A stretch of 64,000 bases of DNA, taken from assembly GCA_947630015.1 (NCBI GenBank), contig CANRFY010000007.1:2526-66525 (forward strand). The letters are read 5' to 3'. The number at the start of each line of letters is the position of its first letter. The stretch's first letter is position 1. Position numbers and translations under genes: made by a program. This DNA is from an uncultured Clostridia bacterium. Its GTDB lineage: Bacteria; Bacillota; Clostridia; Oscillospirales; CAG-272. The notes under the pieces are model-generated. The model was given only the letters and a program-made list of their open reading frames with translations. It had not been told where the DNA came from and ran no database searches. Positions 1-8,391 of the stretch are shown here, in pieces.

Positions 1-1
1 G

Positions 2-391
2 ATGCGCGCCGTCGTCCCGATCGTACTCTTATACGGCGCATACGTGCTTCTGTTCGGGCATCTGTCCCCGGGCGGCGGATTCTCGGGCGGAGCCGTGATC
101 GGCGCGGCGCTCATCATGATCGCGTCCGCGTATGGCGAGGACGTATCGGGAAGGATACTGACCGAGCGCGTATTCAAAACGGTGACGACGTGCGCGTTGT
201 CGTTTTACTGTCTCGGCAAAAGCTACACGTTTTATACGGGCGCGAACGGTCTGCACAGCGTGATCGGAAACGGCACGCCGGGCAACATTTTGAGCGCGGG
301 ACTCATAATGCCGCTCAATGTCGCCGTCGGCATGGTGGTCGCGTGTACGATATACGGAATGTACAGGATGATAGGGCAAAGGAGGTTTTGA
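2..391 (+). CDS. Mrp/Mnh-type antiporter subunit B-like membrane protein (N-terminus may lie upstream of window)
   Basis: Frame open to window start; hydrophobic 129-aa product with HLSPGGGFSGGAV motif as in MnhB/MrpB-type subunits; directly precedes C- and D-like subunits. Confidence 0.65.
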   Translation: MRAVVPIVLLYGAYVLLFGHLSPGGGFSGGAVIGAALIMIASAYGEDVSGRILTERVFKTVTTCALSFYCLGKSYTFYTGANGLHSVIGNGTPGNILSAGLIMPLNVAVGMVVACTIYGMYRMIGQRRF

Positions 392-395
392 AACG

Positions 396-773
396 ATGGA
401 GAATCTGTTTCGCAATTACGAGGAAGCCGTCGCGCTCATACTGTTTTCGATCGGATTTATGACGCTGCTGTTCCATAAAAATCTCCTGCGCAAGCTGATA
501 GGGATGAACATAATGGATTCGGGCGTATATCTGTTTCTCGCGTCGATGGGATACATATACGGCCGCCGCGCCCCGATCGTGGAAAACGGCGATCTAAGCG
601 CGGAGCGCTATATAAATCCCGTTCCCGCGTCGCTCGTTCTGACAGGGATCGTCGTATCCGTCTCCGTGACGGCGGTGATGCTGTCGCTGTCGATAAGACT
701 GTACGAGCGGTATCACACGCTCGATCTCGACGTCATCTACGCCGCCGCGCGGAGCCGCAGAGAGCATAGATAA
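396..773 (+). CDS. Mrp/Mnh antiporter subunit C (NuoK-like)
   Basis: 125 aa, about three TM segments, LIGMNIMDSGVYLF region resembles MnhC/NuoK; 4-nt gap after subunit B ORF. Confidence 0.8.
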   Translation: MENLFRNYEEAVALILFSIGFMTLLFHKNLLRKLIGMNIMDSGVYLFLASMGYIYGRRAPIVENGDLSAERYINPVPASLVLTGIVVSVSVTAVMLSLSIRLYERYHTLDLDVIYAAARSRREHR

Positions 774-818
774 GGGCGGGACGGTCGAGAAACTTTCCCC
801 GATATAAGGATAATTTTT

Positions 819-2339
819 ATGGAGTTTATCAGAAATTTCCCGTTTTTTTCGGTGGCGGTGTTTCTGTTTTCCGCGGTCATATGCTCGGTATTAAAGCCGA
901 GGGCGGCGCGGATCTGGACGACGGCCGCCGAGGCGGTCGTCTTGGCGTTTTCGCTGTCGGTGCTTATATATACGACGTCGGGCGACACGTTCTTCCGCTA
1001 TAATATGGGCCATTTCGACGCGCCGTGGAGCAATCAGCTCCGCGCCGGACCCGTCGAGGCGCTCGCGGCGACGTCGTTTTCATATGTGCTTTTGATGTCG
1101 CACATAGGCGGGATCAGATACGCGAAGGCCGATATCGAGCCGAAAAAGCAGTCCGCGTACTGCACGCTTCTGAATCTCGTCGGCGCGGCGCTGATGGCGC
1201 TTTCGTACACGAACGATCTGTTCACGGGGTACGTATTCCTTGAAATACTGACGCTTTCGTCGTGTGGCGTACTCGTCATAAGACGCGCGGGCAGAACGGC
1301 GCTCGCGGCGACGCGCTACATGGTGATAAATCTGCTCGGCTCGGGGCTTTTCCTGCTCGGGACGTGCCTTTTCTACGGGATCACGGGCCATCTTTTGATG
1401 GAATACATCCGCGACGGAGTCGCGACGCTCGAGGTGACGGGCGACTACGCGGTCCCGCTGACGGTGACGATCGGACTCGTATGCGCGGGACTTGCGATCA
1501 AATCGGGGCTGTTCCCGTTCCATACGTGGATGCCGGACACATACGGCACGGCGACGCCGACATCGTCGGCGGTGCTGTCCGGAATCGTGTCGAAGGGGTA
1601 CATATTCCTTTTGATAAAGATCATATACCGCGTCGTCGGCGTCGACAGCGCGGCGATGACGTCGGCGCGCCATATCCTGTACGTGTTCGGCATAGCGGGC
1701 ATAATAATGGGATCGATATGGGCGATGCAGTCCGCGCATCTGAACCGCATGATAGCGTATTCGTCGGCGGCGCAGATCGGATACGTTTTCGTCGGGATCG
1801 GCCTCGGCGGACAGGCGGGCTTCACGGCGGCGCTGTTCCAGATCATAGCGCACGGACTGTGCAAGCCGCTTCTGTTCCTCTCCGGCGCGAGACTGTCCGA
1901 GGCGTCCGGCGACAGCACCGAATTTGCCGATCTGCAAGGCGCCGCGCACCGGAATAAGCCGGCGGGACTTGCGTTTGCGGTCGGCGCGCTTTCGATGGTC
2001 GGCATCCCTACGCTGGCGGGATTTGCCGTCAAGCTGTTTTTCGCCGCTGCCGCCGTCGAGCATGGACTTCTCGTCGATATCGCGACGCTGACGGCGCTCG
2101 CGTTAAGCACGCTTTTGAACGCGCTCTACTTCGTCCGCACCGTGATCAGGATATACACCCCGTCGGGAAACGCGCCGACAAACGGCGCGTTCGCGCCGAC
2201 AGACGGCGAGTCCGCGCGGACGCGCGATCCGGGGCTGATCGCCGCCGCAGTCGGACTGACGGCGGGGATACTGCTGCTCGGACTTATGCCCGGGGTCGTA
2301 TCGGGGATCATATCGCGCGGACTTGCGCTTTTCGCATAA
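819..2339 (+). CDS. MrpD/NuoM-N-like proton-conducting antiporter subunit, paralog 1
   Basis: 506-aa polytopic protein; GLFPFHTWMPDTYGTATPTSSAVLSG matches the conserved W-x-P motif region of NuoL/M/N-MrpA/D subunits. Confidence 0.85.
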   Translation: MEFIRNFPFFSVAVFLFSAVICSVLKPRAARIWTTAAEAVVLAFSLSVLIYTTSGDTFFRYNMGHFDAPWSNQLRAGPVEALAATSFSYVLLMSHIGGIRYAKADIEPKKQSAYCTLLNLVGAALMALSYTNDLFTGYVFLEILTLSSCGVLVIRRAGRTALAATRYMVINLLGSGLFLLGTCLFYGITGHLLMEYIRDGVATLEVTGDYAVPLTVTIGLVCAGLAIKSGLFPFHTWMPDTYGTATPTSSAVLSGIVSKGYIFLLIKIIYRVVGVDSAAMTSARHILYVFGIAGIIMGSIWAMQSAHLNRMIAYSSAAQIGYVFVGIGLGGQAGFTAALFQIIAHGLCKPLLFLSGARLSEASGDSTEFADLQGAAHRNKPAGLAFAVGALSMVGIPTLAGFAVKLFFAAAAVEHGLLVDIATLTALALSTLLNALYFVRTVIRIYTPSGNAPTNGAFAPTDGESARTRDPGLIAAAVGLTAGILLLGLMPGVVSGIISRGLALFA

Positions 2340-2374
2340 ACGCGATATCTTTGAAATGGGGATTTAGGTGACGT

Positions 2375-3817
2375 ATGATATACATGATTCTGACAATACT
2401 TCTGCCGGCGGCGGCGGGAGCGGCGCTGCCGCTTCTTCATCTGCGGCACCGCGCGCGGTGCGCGTATGTGACGACCGCGACGGCGGCTGTGTGCGCGCTT
2501 GCGGCATCGTCGATCGCGGCGTCTTACGGCGACGGCGCGCGCGTGCTGTTTTCGATCGCGTCCGGACTCGATATCGCCGTCGCCGCCGACGGGATATCGG
2601 CGGTGTTCGCGCCGCTGTTCGCGCTCTGCTGGCTTATCGTCGCCGTTTACGCGTTTATGTATGTGAAGCATGAGGGACGCGACGACAGATTTTTTGCATT
2701 TTTCCTTTTGTCGCTCGGCGCGATGATGGCGCTGGCGTTTTCGGCGAATCTTGTGACGATGTATCTGTCGTTTGAATTTGCGACGCTTTGCTCGATGCCG
2801 CTCGTGCTTCATACGGGGACGAAGGAGGCGACGGCGGCCGCCGTCAAGTATCTGTTCTATTCGATCGCGGGCGCGTTTATGGGACTGTTCGGCATCGTGG
2901 TGCTGTTCGGCAAAACGGGGCCTGCAATGTTCGCGCTCGGCGGCGTTTTGGACGGGGAGGCGTCGGGGGGACTTATCGCCTGGGCGATAATGCTCTCGAT
3001 ACTCGGCTTCGGCACGAAGGCCGGTATGTACCCTATGCACGGATGGCTGCCGACGGCGCATCCGGCGGCTCCGGCTCCGGCGTCGGCGCTGCTGTCGGGC
3101 ATTATAGCGAAGGCGGGCGTGCTTGCCGTCATAAGAGTCGTATTTTACACGGTCGGCGAGGACGCGATACGCGGCACATGGGTGCAGACTGCATGGACGG
3201 CGCTCGCCGCCCTCACGGTGCTTGTCGGCTCGATGATGGCGTATCGCGAGGATATACTGAAAAAGCGGCTCGCGTATTCGACGGTGTCGAACATCTCGTA
3301 CATAATGCTCGGGCTGTCGACGCTGACAATGACGGGCTTCTATGGCGCGATACTCCATGTTATCGCGCACGCGTTCGCGAAATGCGCGCTGTTCTTATGC
3401 GCGGGATCGATCATATATAAGACGGAGCGAACGCGCGTATCGGAGCTTTCCGGCATAGGACGCCGTATGCCCGTGACGATGGCGGCGTTTACGGCGGCGT
3501 CGCTGTCGCTCATCGGCATACCGCCGTTTCTGGGATTTTCGTCGAAGTGGTATCTGTGCCTCGGCGGACTTGACGCCGGAGGCGCATATGCCGCCGCCGT
3601 CCCGATCGTACTCATAATATCGGCGCTTTTGACGGCGGGATATCTGCTGCCGCCTGTGATCTCGGGCTTTTTCCCGGGCGGGGACGGACGTCTGCCGAAA
3701 GCGCGGGACGAGGCTCCCGCCTCGATGACGTCGGCGTGCGTGATGTTTTCTGCGCTGTCGCTGATCGCGGGCATCGCGGGAGGCGCGCTCATGGACGTTT
3801 TAAAAACGCTTTTCTGA
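2375..3817 (+). CDS. MrpD/NuoM-like antiporter subunit, paralog 2
   Basis: 480 aa; GMYPMHGWLPTAHPAAPAPASALLSGIIAKAG motif; polytopic. Confidence 0.85.
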   Translation: MIYMILTILLPAAAGAALPLLHLRHRARCAYVTTATAAVCALAASSIAASYGDGARVLFSIASGLDIAVAADGISAVFAPLFALCWLIVAVYAFMYVKHEGRDDRFFAFFLLSLGAMMALAFSANLVTMYLSFEFATLCSMPLVLHTGTKEATAAAVKYLFYSIAGAFMGLFGIVVLFGKTGPAMFALGGVLDGEASGGLIAWAIMLSILGFGTKAGMYPMHGWLPTAHPAAPAPASALLSGIIAKAGVLAVIRVVFYTVGEDAIRGTWVQTAWTALAALTVLVGSMMAYREDILKKRLAYSTVSNISYIMLGLSTLTMTGFYGAILHVIAHAFAKCALFLCAGSIIYKTERTRVSELSGIGRRMPVTMAAFTAASLSLIGIPPFLGFSSKWYLCLGGLDAGGAYAAAVPIVLIISALLTAGYLLPPVISGFFPGGDGRLPKARDEAPASMTSACVMFSALSLIAGIAGGALMDVLKTLF

Positions 3818-3823
3818 ACCGAT

Positions 3824-5269
3824 ATGAACGAATTTCGTCTGCTTTTACCGATACTGATACCGATCGCGGGAGCCGTCGCGATCTGGTTTCTGCGCGGCGG
3901 CCTCATATGGCGCTCGGCGGTGATCGAAGCTGTCGTTTTGCTAAACGCCGCCGCGTCGTGGCAGCTGATCTTTTATCGGCCTGATGCGCCGCTGCCGCTG
4001 TTTTCGTTCAGCGAATCGTTTTTGCTGACGCTTCGCCTCGACGGACTCGGGAGCTTTTTCCTCGGGATGGCGTCGACGCTCTGGATATTCGTCTCGATCT
4101 ACGCGTTTTCGTACATGAAGGACGAGGCGCATCAGAGGATGTTCTTCTCGTTTTTCGTCATGTCGCTCGCGGCGACGGACGGGATCGCGCTGTCGGGGAA
4201 TCTCATAACGCTCTATTTCTTCTATGAAATGCTGACCGTCGTGACGATCCCGCTCGTCATGCACGGCTGCGGCCGCGAGGATATGCGTGCGGGCTACATA
4301 TACGCGGCGTATCAGCTCGGCGGAGCCGCTTTCGCGTTCGTCGGGATCGTGTATCTGACGATGAACTTCGGCGGTGGCGCGTTCGTACTCGGCGGCTACA
4401 TAGACGGCGGCTCCCCGACGCTGCCGCTCGTATGGCTCGTGATGCTGCTCGGATTCGGCGTCAAGGCGTGCATTTTCCCGTTCTATAAATGGCTGCCGAC
4501 GGCGTCGGTCGCCCCGACGCCCGTAACGGCGCTGCTTCACGCGGCCGCCGTCGTGAAGGCGGGCATATTCGCGATCGTGCGCCTTTCGTACTTCAGCTTC
4601 TCGCCCGATTCGATCTCCAAAACGGACGCAGCGGACGTGGGATTTATGCTCGCGTGCTTCACCGCCGTTTTCGCCGCCGTGATGGCGGTCAGGGAGGGCC
4701 ATTTCAAGCGCCGGCTCGCGTATTCGACGGTGAGCAATCTTTCCTATATCCTGATCGGGGTTTTGTCGTTCACGCCGGCGGGACTGGCGGCGGGGCTGTG
4801 CCATATGCTGTTCCACGCGATCATAAAAATGAACGGATTTCTGTCGTGCGGCTCGTTTATGAAGATGAGCGGCAAATCGACGATATACGAGCTTGACGGG
4901 ATGGGGAAACGGATGCCGGCGACGTTTGCGTGCTTCACCGTATCGGCGCTCGCGTTGTCGGGAGTACCGCTGACGAACGGATTCGTCTCAAAATGGATGC
5001 TCTTGTCGTCGATGCCGAAGATGGGGAGCGGCGCGCTCGCCGCCGTCGGTATGGGAGCGCTGCTTATAAGCTCGCTTTTGTGCGCCGTATACATGATGAC
5101 GCCCGCGATCAGGGCGTGGTTTTTGCGCGGCGGCGGGAATGAAAGCTGCGAGGCCCCGCTCGGGATGACGGCGCCGATGGCGGCGTTTGCCGCCGCAAGC
5201 GTGGCGCTCGGCATATTCTCGCAGCCGATAGTGAACCTCTGCGTCGATATCGCGACGGGGGCGTTCTGA
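3824..5269 (+). CDS. MrpD/NuoM-like antiporter subunit, paralog 3
   Basis: 481 aa; IFPFYKWLPTASVAPTPVTALLHAAAVVKAG motif; polytopic. Confidence 0.85.
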   Translation: MNEFRLLLPILIPIAGAVAIWFLRGGLIWRSAVIEAVVLLNAAASWQLIFYRPDAPLPLFSFSESFLLTLRLDGLGSFFLGMASTLWIFVSIYAFSYMKDEAHQRMFFSFFVMSLAATDGIALSGNLITLYFFYEMLTVVTIPLVMHGCGREDMRAGYIYAAYQLGGAAFAFVGIVYLTMNFGGGAFVLGGYIDGGSPTLPLVWLVMLLGFGVKACIFPFYKWLPTASVAPTPVTALLHAAAVVKAGIFAIVRLSYFSFSPDSISKTDAADVGFMLACFTAVFAAVMAVREGHFKRRLAYSTVSNLSYILIGVLSFTPAGLAAGLCHMLFHAIIKMNGFLSCGSFMKMSGKSTIYELDGMGKRMPATFACFTVSALALSGVPLTNGFVSKWMLLSSMPKMGSGALAAVGMGALLISSLLCAVYMMTPAIRAWFLRGGGNESCEAPLGMTAPMAAFAAASVALGIFSQPIVNLCVDIATGAF

Positions 5270-5317
5270 CGCAGGTACGGATATGACTCTGATTAAAGCT
5301 TTTTTGGGAGGCGCGAT

Positions 5318-7270
5318 ATGACGTTTACATTGTCGGGCGCGCTTTTGACGCTGCTCGTGTTTCTGCCGATCGCATCCGCGCCCGTGTGCGCGTATGCGGC
5401 GCGCGGGAACAGGCGCGGATTTTATGCCGTATCGGCCGTATGCGCTGTCGAATGCGCGGCCGCCGTGGGAGCGGCGGCTATGGCGGGATCGGCGAATATA
5501 TTCGGGCTGTCGTTTGAATCGGGCGGATTTCACGGCTTATACGCCGTCGTCGCGGCGTATGCGTTTCTCACCTCGGCTGTGTTTTCGGTCGAATATTTCG
5601 CGCATTATAAAAATCACGCGCGGTACGCGTTTTTCTATATGCTGACGTTCGGGGCCGTCGAGGGCGTGTTCCTCTCGGTCGATCTCGGCACGACGTTCGT
5701 CTTTTTCGAGATCGTATCGTTTGCGTCGTTTGTGTGGGTGCTGCACGACGAAAGCGACGGCGCGATATCGGCGGCGAAAACGTATCTTGCCGTGGCCGTA
5801 TTCGGCGGGATGGCGCTTTTGGGCGGCCTGCTCCTTCTTTATTCAAAATACGGGACGCTGTCGCTTACGGACCCCGCGCCGTCGGACGCGCTTCCGTATC
5901 TGACCGGCTCGCTTCTGCTCGTCGGATTCGGCGCGAAGGCCGGTATGTTCCCGCTTCACATATGGCTGCCGAAGGCGCATCCCGTCGCGCCCGCGCCCGC
6001 AAGCGCGATATTGTCGGGAGTTTTGACTAAGATCGGCGTCTACGGCATCATCGCCGTGACGGTGAGATTTTATTCCGGCGACGCCGCGTGGGGAGCCGCG
6101 CTCATGACGATCGGATGCATAACGCTTCTGCTCGGAGCGTTCCTCGCGCTTTTATCCGCCGATATAAAACGTACCTTGGCCTGCTCGTCGATGTCGCAGA
6201 TCGGATTCATCATGACAGGTATCGCGGCCGTTTCGATACTCGGCGAGGGCGGCGCGATGGCGGCGGCGGGAGTCGTCCTATATATGCTGAATCACACGAT
6301 GATGAAGCTCATACTGTTCTCGATCGCGGGCGTCGTGCATATGGATCTGCACAAGCTCGATCTGAATTCGATACGCGGCTGGGGCCGCGGCAGGTGGGGG
6401 ATGGCGGCGCTGTTCGCATGGGGAGGCGCAGGTCTTGCCGGCGTCCCGGGTACGTGCGGATATATCGCAAAAACGCTGATACACGAGGCGATCACGGAGA
6501 GCGCGGAGTCGGTCCCGCTTGCGGGCGTCGTCGAATGGCTGTTCCTTTTCGGCGGCGGCTGCACGCTTGCATATATGATAAAGCTGTTCGTTGTGCTGTT
6601 CGTCGAGAAGCCGGAAATCGCGCATGAAAAGCGCCGCGCTGGCGCGTTTACGGCTGCGGCGCTCACGATGGCGGCGCTTCCGACGGCGGCTGCCGGCGTC
6701 CCCGCGCTCGCGGGCAGGATTGCGTCGCTCGGGTGGGAATTTGCCGGAGCGCCTGCGGGATCACGCTTTCACGATGTGGGATTTTTCCGTTGGGGGTGCC
6801 TGTCGGGAGCCGTCATAACGGCGTCGATAGGGATCGCGGTCTATTTCCTGTTCGTGAGGACCGTGACGCGGAAGCGCGGCGAATATCGCGATCCGCTGCC
6901 CGCATGGGCCGATCTGGAGCGATCCGTATACGTTCCCGCGATAAAAGCGCTGACGCGCGCCGGCGGCGCTGTGGCGCGGCTGTTCGGCGAAAACGTTGTT
7001 ACGTCGCGCGTCTGCAAGTACGGATTTGCGGCGGCGAAGACAGTATGCGCGGCCGCATCCTCGGCGCTTGACGCCGCCGTATATGCTCTGCGCAGCACCG
7101 TGCTGCGCGCCTCTGACGGGAAAAACGTCCGTCGTCCGAAACGCAGATTCCCGATCCTGCACGCCATTTACCGCGAGCGCCGCACCGACAATTTCTCGTA
7201 TTCGCTGATCATAACCGCGCTCGGCGTCTGCGTGATTCTCATTTTCATATTCATCGCGCCATATGTGTGA
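5318..7270 (+). CDS. MrpA/NuoL-like antiporter subunit with C-terminal extension
   Basis: 650 aa; GMFPLHIWLPKAHPVAPAPASAILSG motif plus about 150-aa extension ending in a TM anchor, like the NuoL/MrpA lateral helix. Confidence 0.8.
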   Translation: MTFTLSGALLTLLVFLPIASAPVCAYAARGNRRGFYAVSAVCAVECAAAVGAAAMAGSANIFGLSFESGGFHGLYAVVAAYAFLTSAVFSVEYFAHYKNHARYAFFYMLTFGAVEGVFLSVDLGTTFVFFEIVSFASFVWVLHDESDGAISAAKTYLAVAVFGGMALLGGLLLLYSKYGTLSLTDPAPSDALPYLTGSLLLVGFGAKAGMFPLHIWLPKAHPVAPAPASAILSGVLTKIGVYGIIAVTVRFYSGDAAWGAALMTIGCITLLLGAFLALLSADIKRTLACSSMSQIGFIMTGIAAVSILGEGGAMAAAGVVLYMLNHTMMKLILFSIAGVVHMDLHKLDLNSIRGWGRGRWGMAALFAWGGAGLAGVPGTCGYIAKTLIHEAITESAESVPLAGVVEWLFLFGGGCTLAYMIKLFVVLFVEKPEIAHEKRRAGAFTAAALTMAALPTAAAGVPALAGRIASLGWEFAGAPAGSRFHDVGFFRWGCLSGAVITASIGIAVYFLFVRTVTRKRGEYRDPLPAWADLERSVYVPAIKALTRAGGAVARLFGENVVTSRVCKYGFAAAKTVCAAASSALDAAVYALRSTVLRASDGKNVRRPKRRFPILHAIYRERRTDNFSYSLIITALGVCVILIFIFIAPYV

Positions 7271-7287
7271 CGCGGAGGGGGCAAAGG

Positions 7288-8030
7288 CGGAGCCTTTGCG
7301 AGCCACGCTATCCCTCAGTTATAACTTTTGCAAAGTTAAAAACCGTTAAGGGTCTCTTTGCCGGCCGGCAAAGAGACGCGAGAGCAAAGGTTGAGCCTTT
7401 GCAATCCTATCTTTTACTTTTCACAAACTTTTTCAAAGTTTTTAAATTTTGTTAAGGGCCTCTTTCTCGCAAGAAAGAGGCCCTTAACGATCCCGAAAGA
7501 GGCTCCCGTGTGGCGTCGACGTTATTCAATCGGCGGAAAGAGGGGTTTGGGGCGTAAAACCGCGATATTATTTCATCAAACGCATCCGTGCCTCCGCGCG
7601 GCGGGTCGAGAGCGATGTTATTCTGTCTTGGTCAATTGATTACTGACAGCGTCAGATTTCGCTCGTGTCGTGCGAACAAATGGGATTCACAACGAGATAC
7701 GAGACGGTTCGCACCGGTTGGCGCGCAGTGTCGTGCATCCGTGAGGGTTTATTTCAGGGCGAACGCGATATCGTCCCTGCTAACAGCTCCCACGCGGACT
7801 TATTCGACTGCGCCGCCGAAATTTCGCGATCGATCCGACGCTGGCAGCGACGGACATCGCACGCGCGTGGTGCGCGTAGGTGAGGCTGGAAAGCCTACGG
7901 CACAGGGGGTGATGTGCGGCGAGAGAGGGAGCGCACCGCGATGAGCTGTTCGCGCACACCTTCAGCGCGTTGTTCTTTTCTTGAGGAGTGTGGGGAAGAA
8001 CTTTTTCTTTAGTGCGAAGAAATCCTCCTC
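7288..8030 (+). repeat. Mosaic intergenic repeat copy R1 (alpha-long, beta, gamma1, delta); degenerate tail to about 8190
   Basis: Hairpin H1 7352-7377, hairpin H2 7451-7488, beta core 7489-7767, gamma1 7768-7932; aligns by eye with the six other loci. Confidence 0.9.
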
Positions 8031-8175
8031 CGCAACAACTCTATCCTCACAAAATAACTTTACAAAATCTCACCCCTGACTAAAACTATCCTCTAAAATT
8101 TGGCAACAATAACAAGGAGCCGTTCCCGTATCCATTACAAAAACTATCGTTGCGGCCTCCCCTCTATTGTCCCCC

Positions 8176-8204
8176 TTGACAAGCGGCTAATTATGTGCTA
8201 TCAT
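8176..8204 (+). promoter_or_regulatory. Candidate sigma-A promoter of rnj (TTGACA-N17-TGcTATCAT), giving a ~185-nt leader
   Basis: Exact -35 TTGACA 8176-8181, 17-nt spacer, extended -10 TGC-TATCAT 8196-8204. Confidence 0.45.
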
Positions 8205-8391
8205 TATCATGGTTGATTACGTACTAAACGCGAACTGACGCGTTTACATATATCCCGCGCGCTTAAAATCCCCTGCGCGCACCACTTGACCCCTGTTATT
8301 GCGGGAGGAACCGACGCGGCGCCCCACCGGCGGCGTTTGCGCTTTCCTCTCTTTTCCGCGTGCCTGCGGCATATCATAAGAAAGGAACTAT

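Noticed and set aside
7358-7639. ORFs inside the repeats (MPAGKETREQR..., MLAGKETRAQRI...LFLARKRPLTIPKEAPVWR; also 10551-10751, 26802-27077, 31162-31503, 37752-38123, 60859-61044)
   Set aside because: They are read-through of perfect hairpin DNA. Their start positions, frames and stops differ between copies, and the short-hairpin copies delete most of the 'protein'. No RBS is present.
7665-7883. Cys-rich mini-ORF in module beta (GTG-SCEQ..FT.RY.T.RTGWRA.SCIRE.L.Q.ER)
   Set aside because: The GTG start is lost in the 31.36-kb copy (GTT TCG). There is no RBS, and the C-terminal half is entirely different in gamma1 and gamma2 copies. Differences between copies are clustered multi-nucleotide replacements (AAATGGG versus AGCTCCG) rather than synonymous changes. 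An RNA or DNA-level function is more likely, but ribosome profiling could revisit this.
7670-7940. ORF-less group II intron (the element contains GTGCG, hairpins and a GNRA loop)
   Set aside because: GTGCGAAC occurs three times per copy rather than marking a 5' end. I cannot find a domain V with an AGC triad and a 2-nt bulge in the right geometry, nor a domain VI bulged A. There is no intron-encoded protein, and the element boundaries are hairpins rather than exon junctions.
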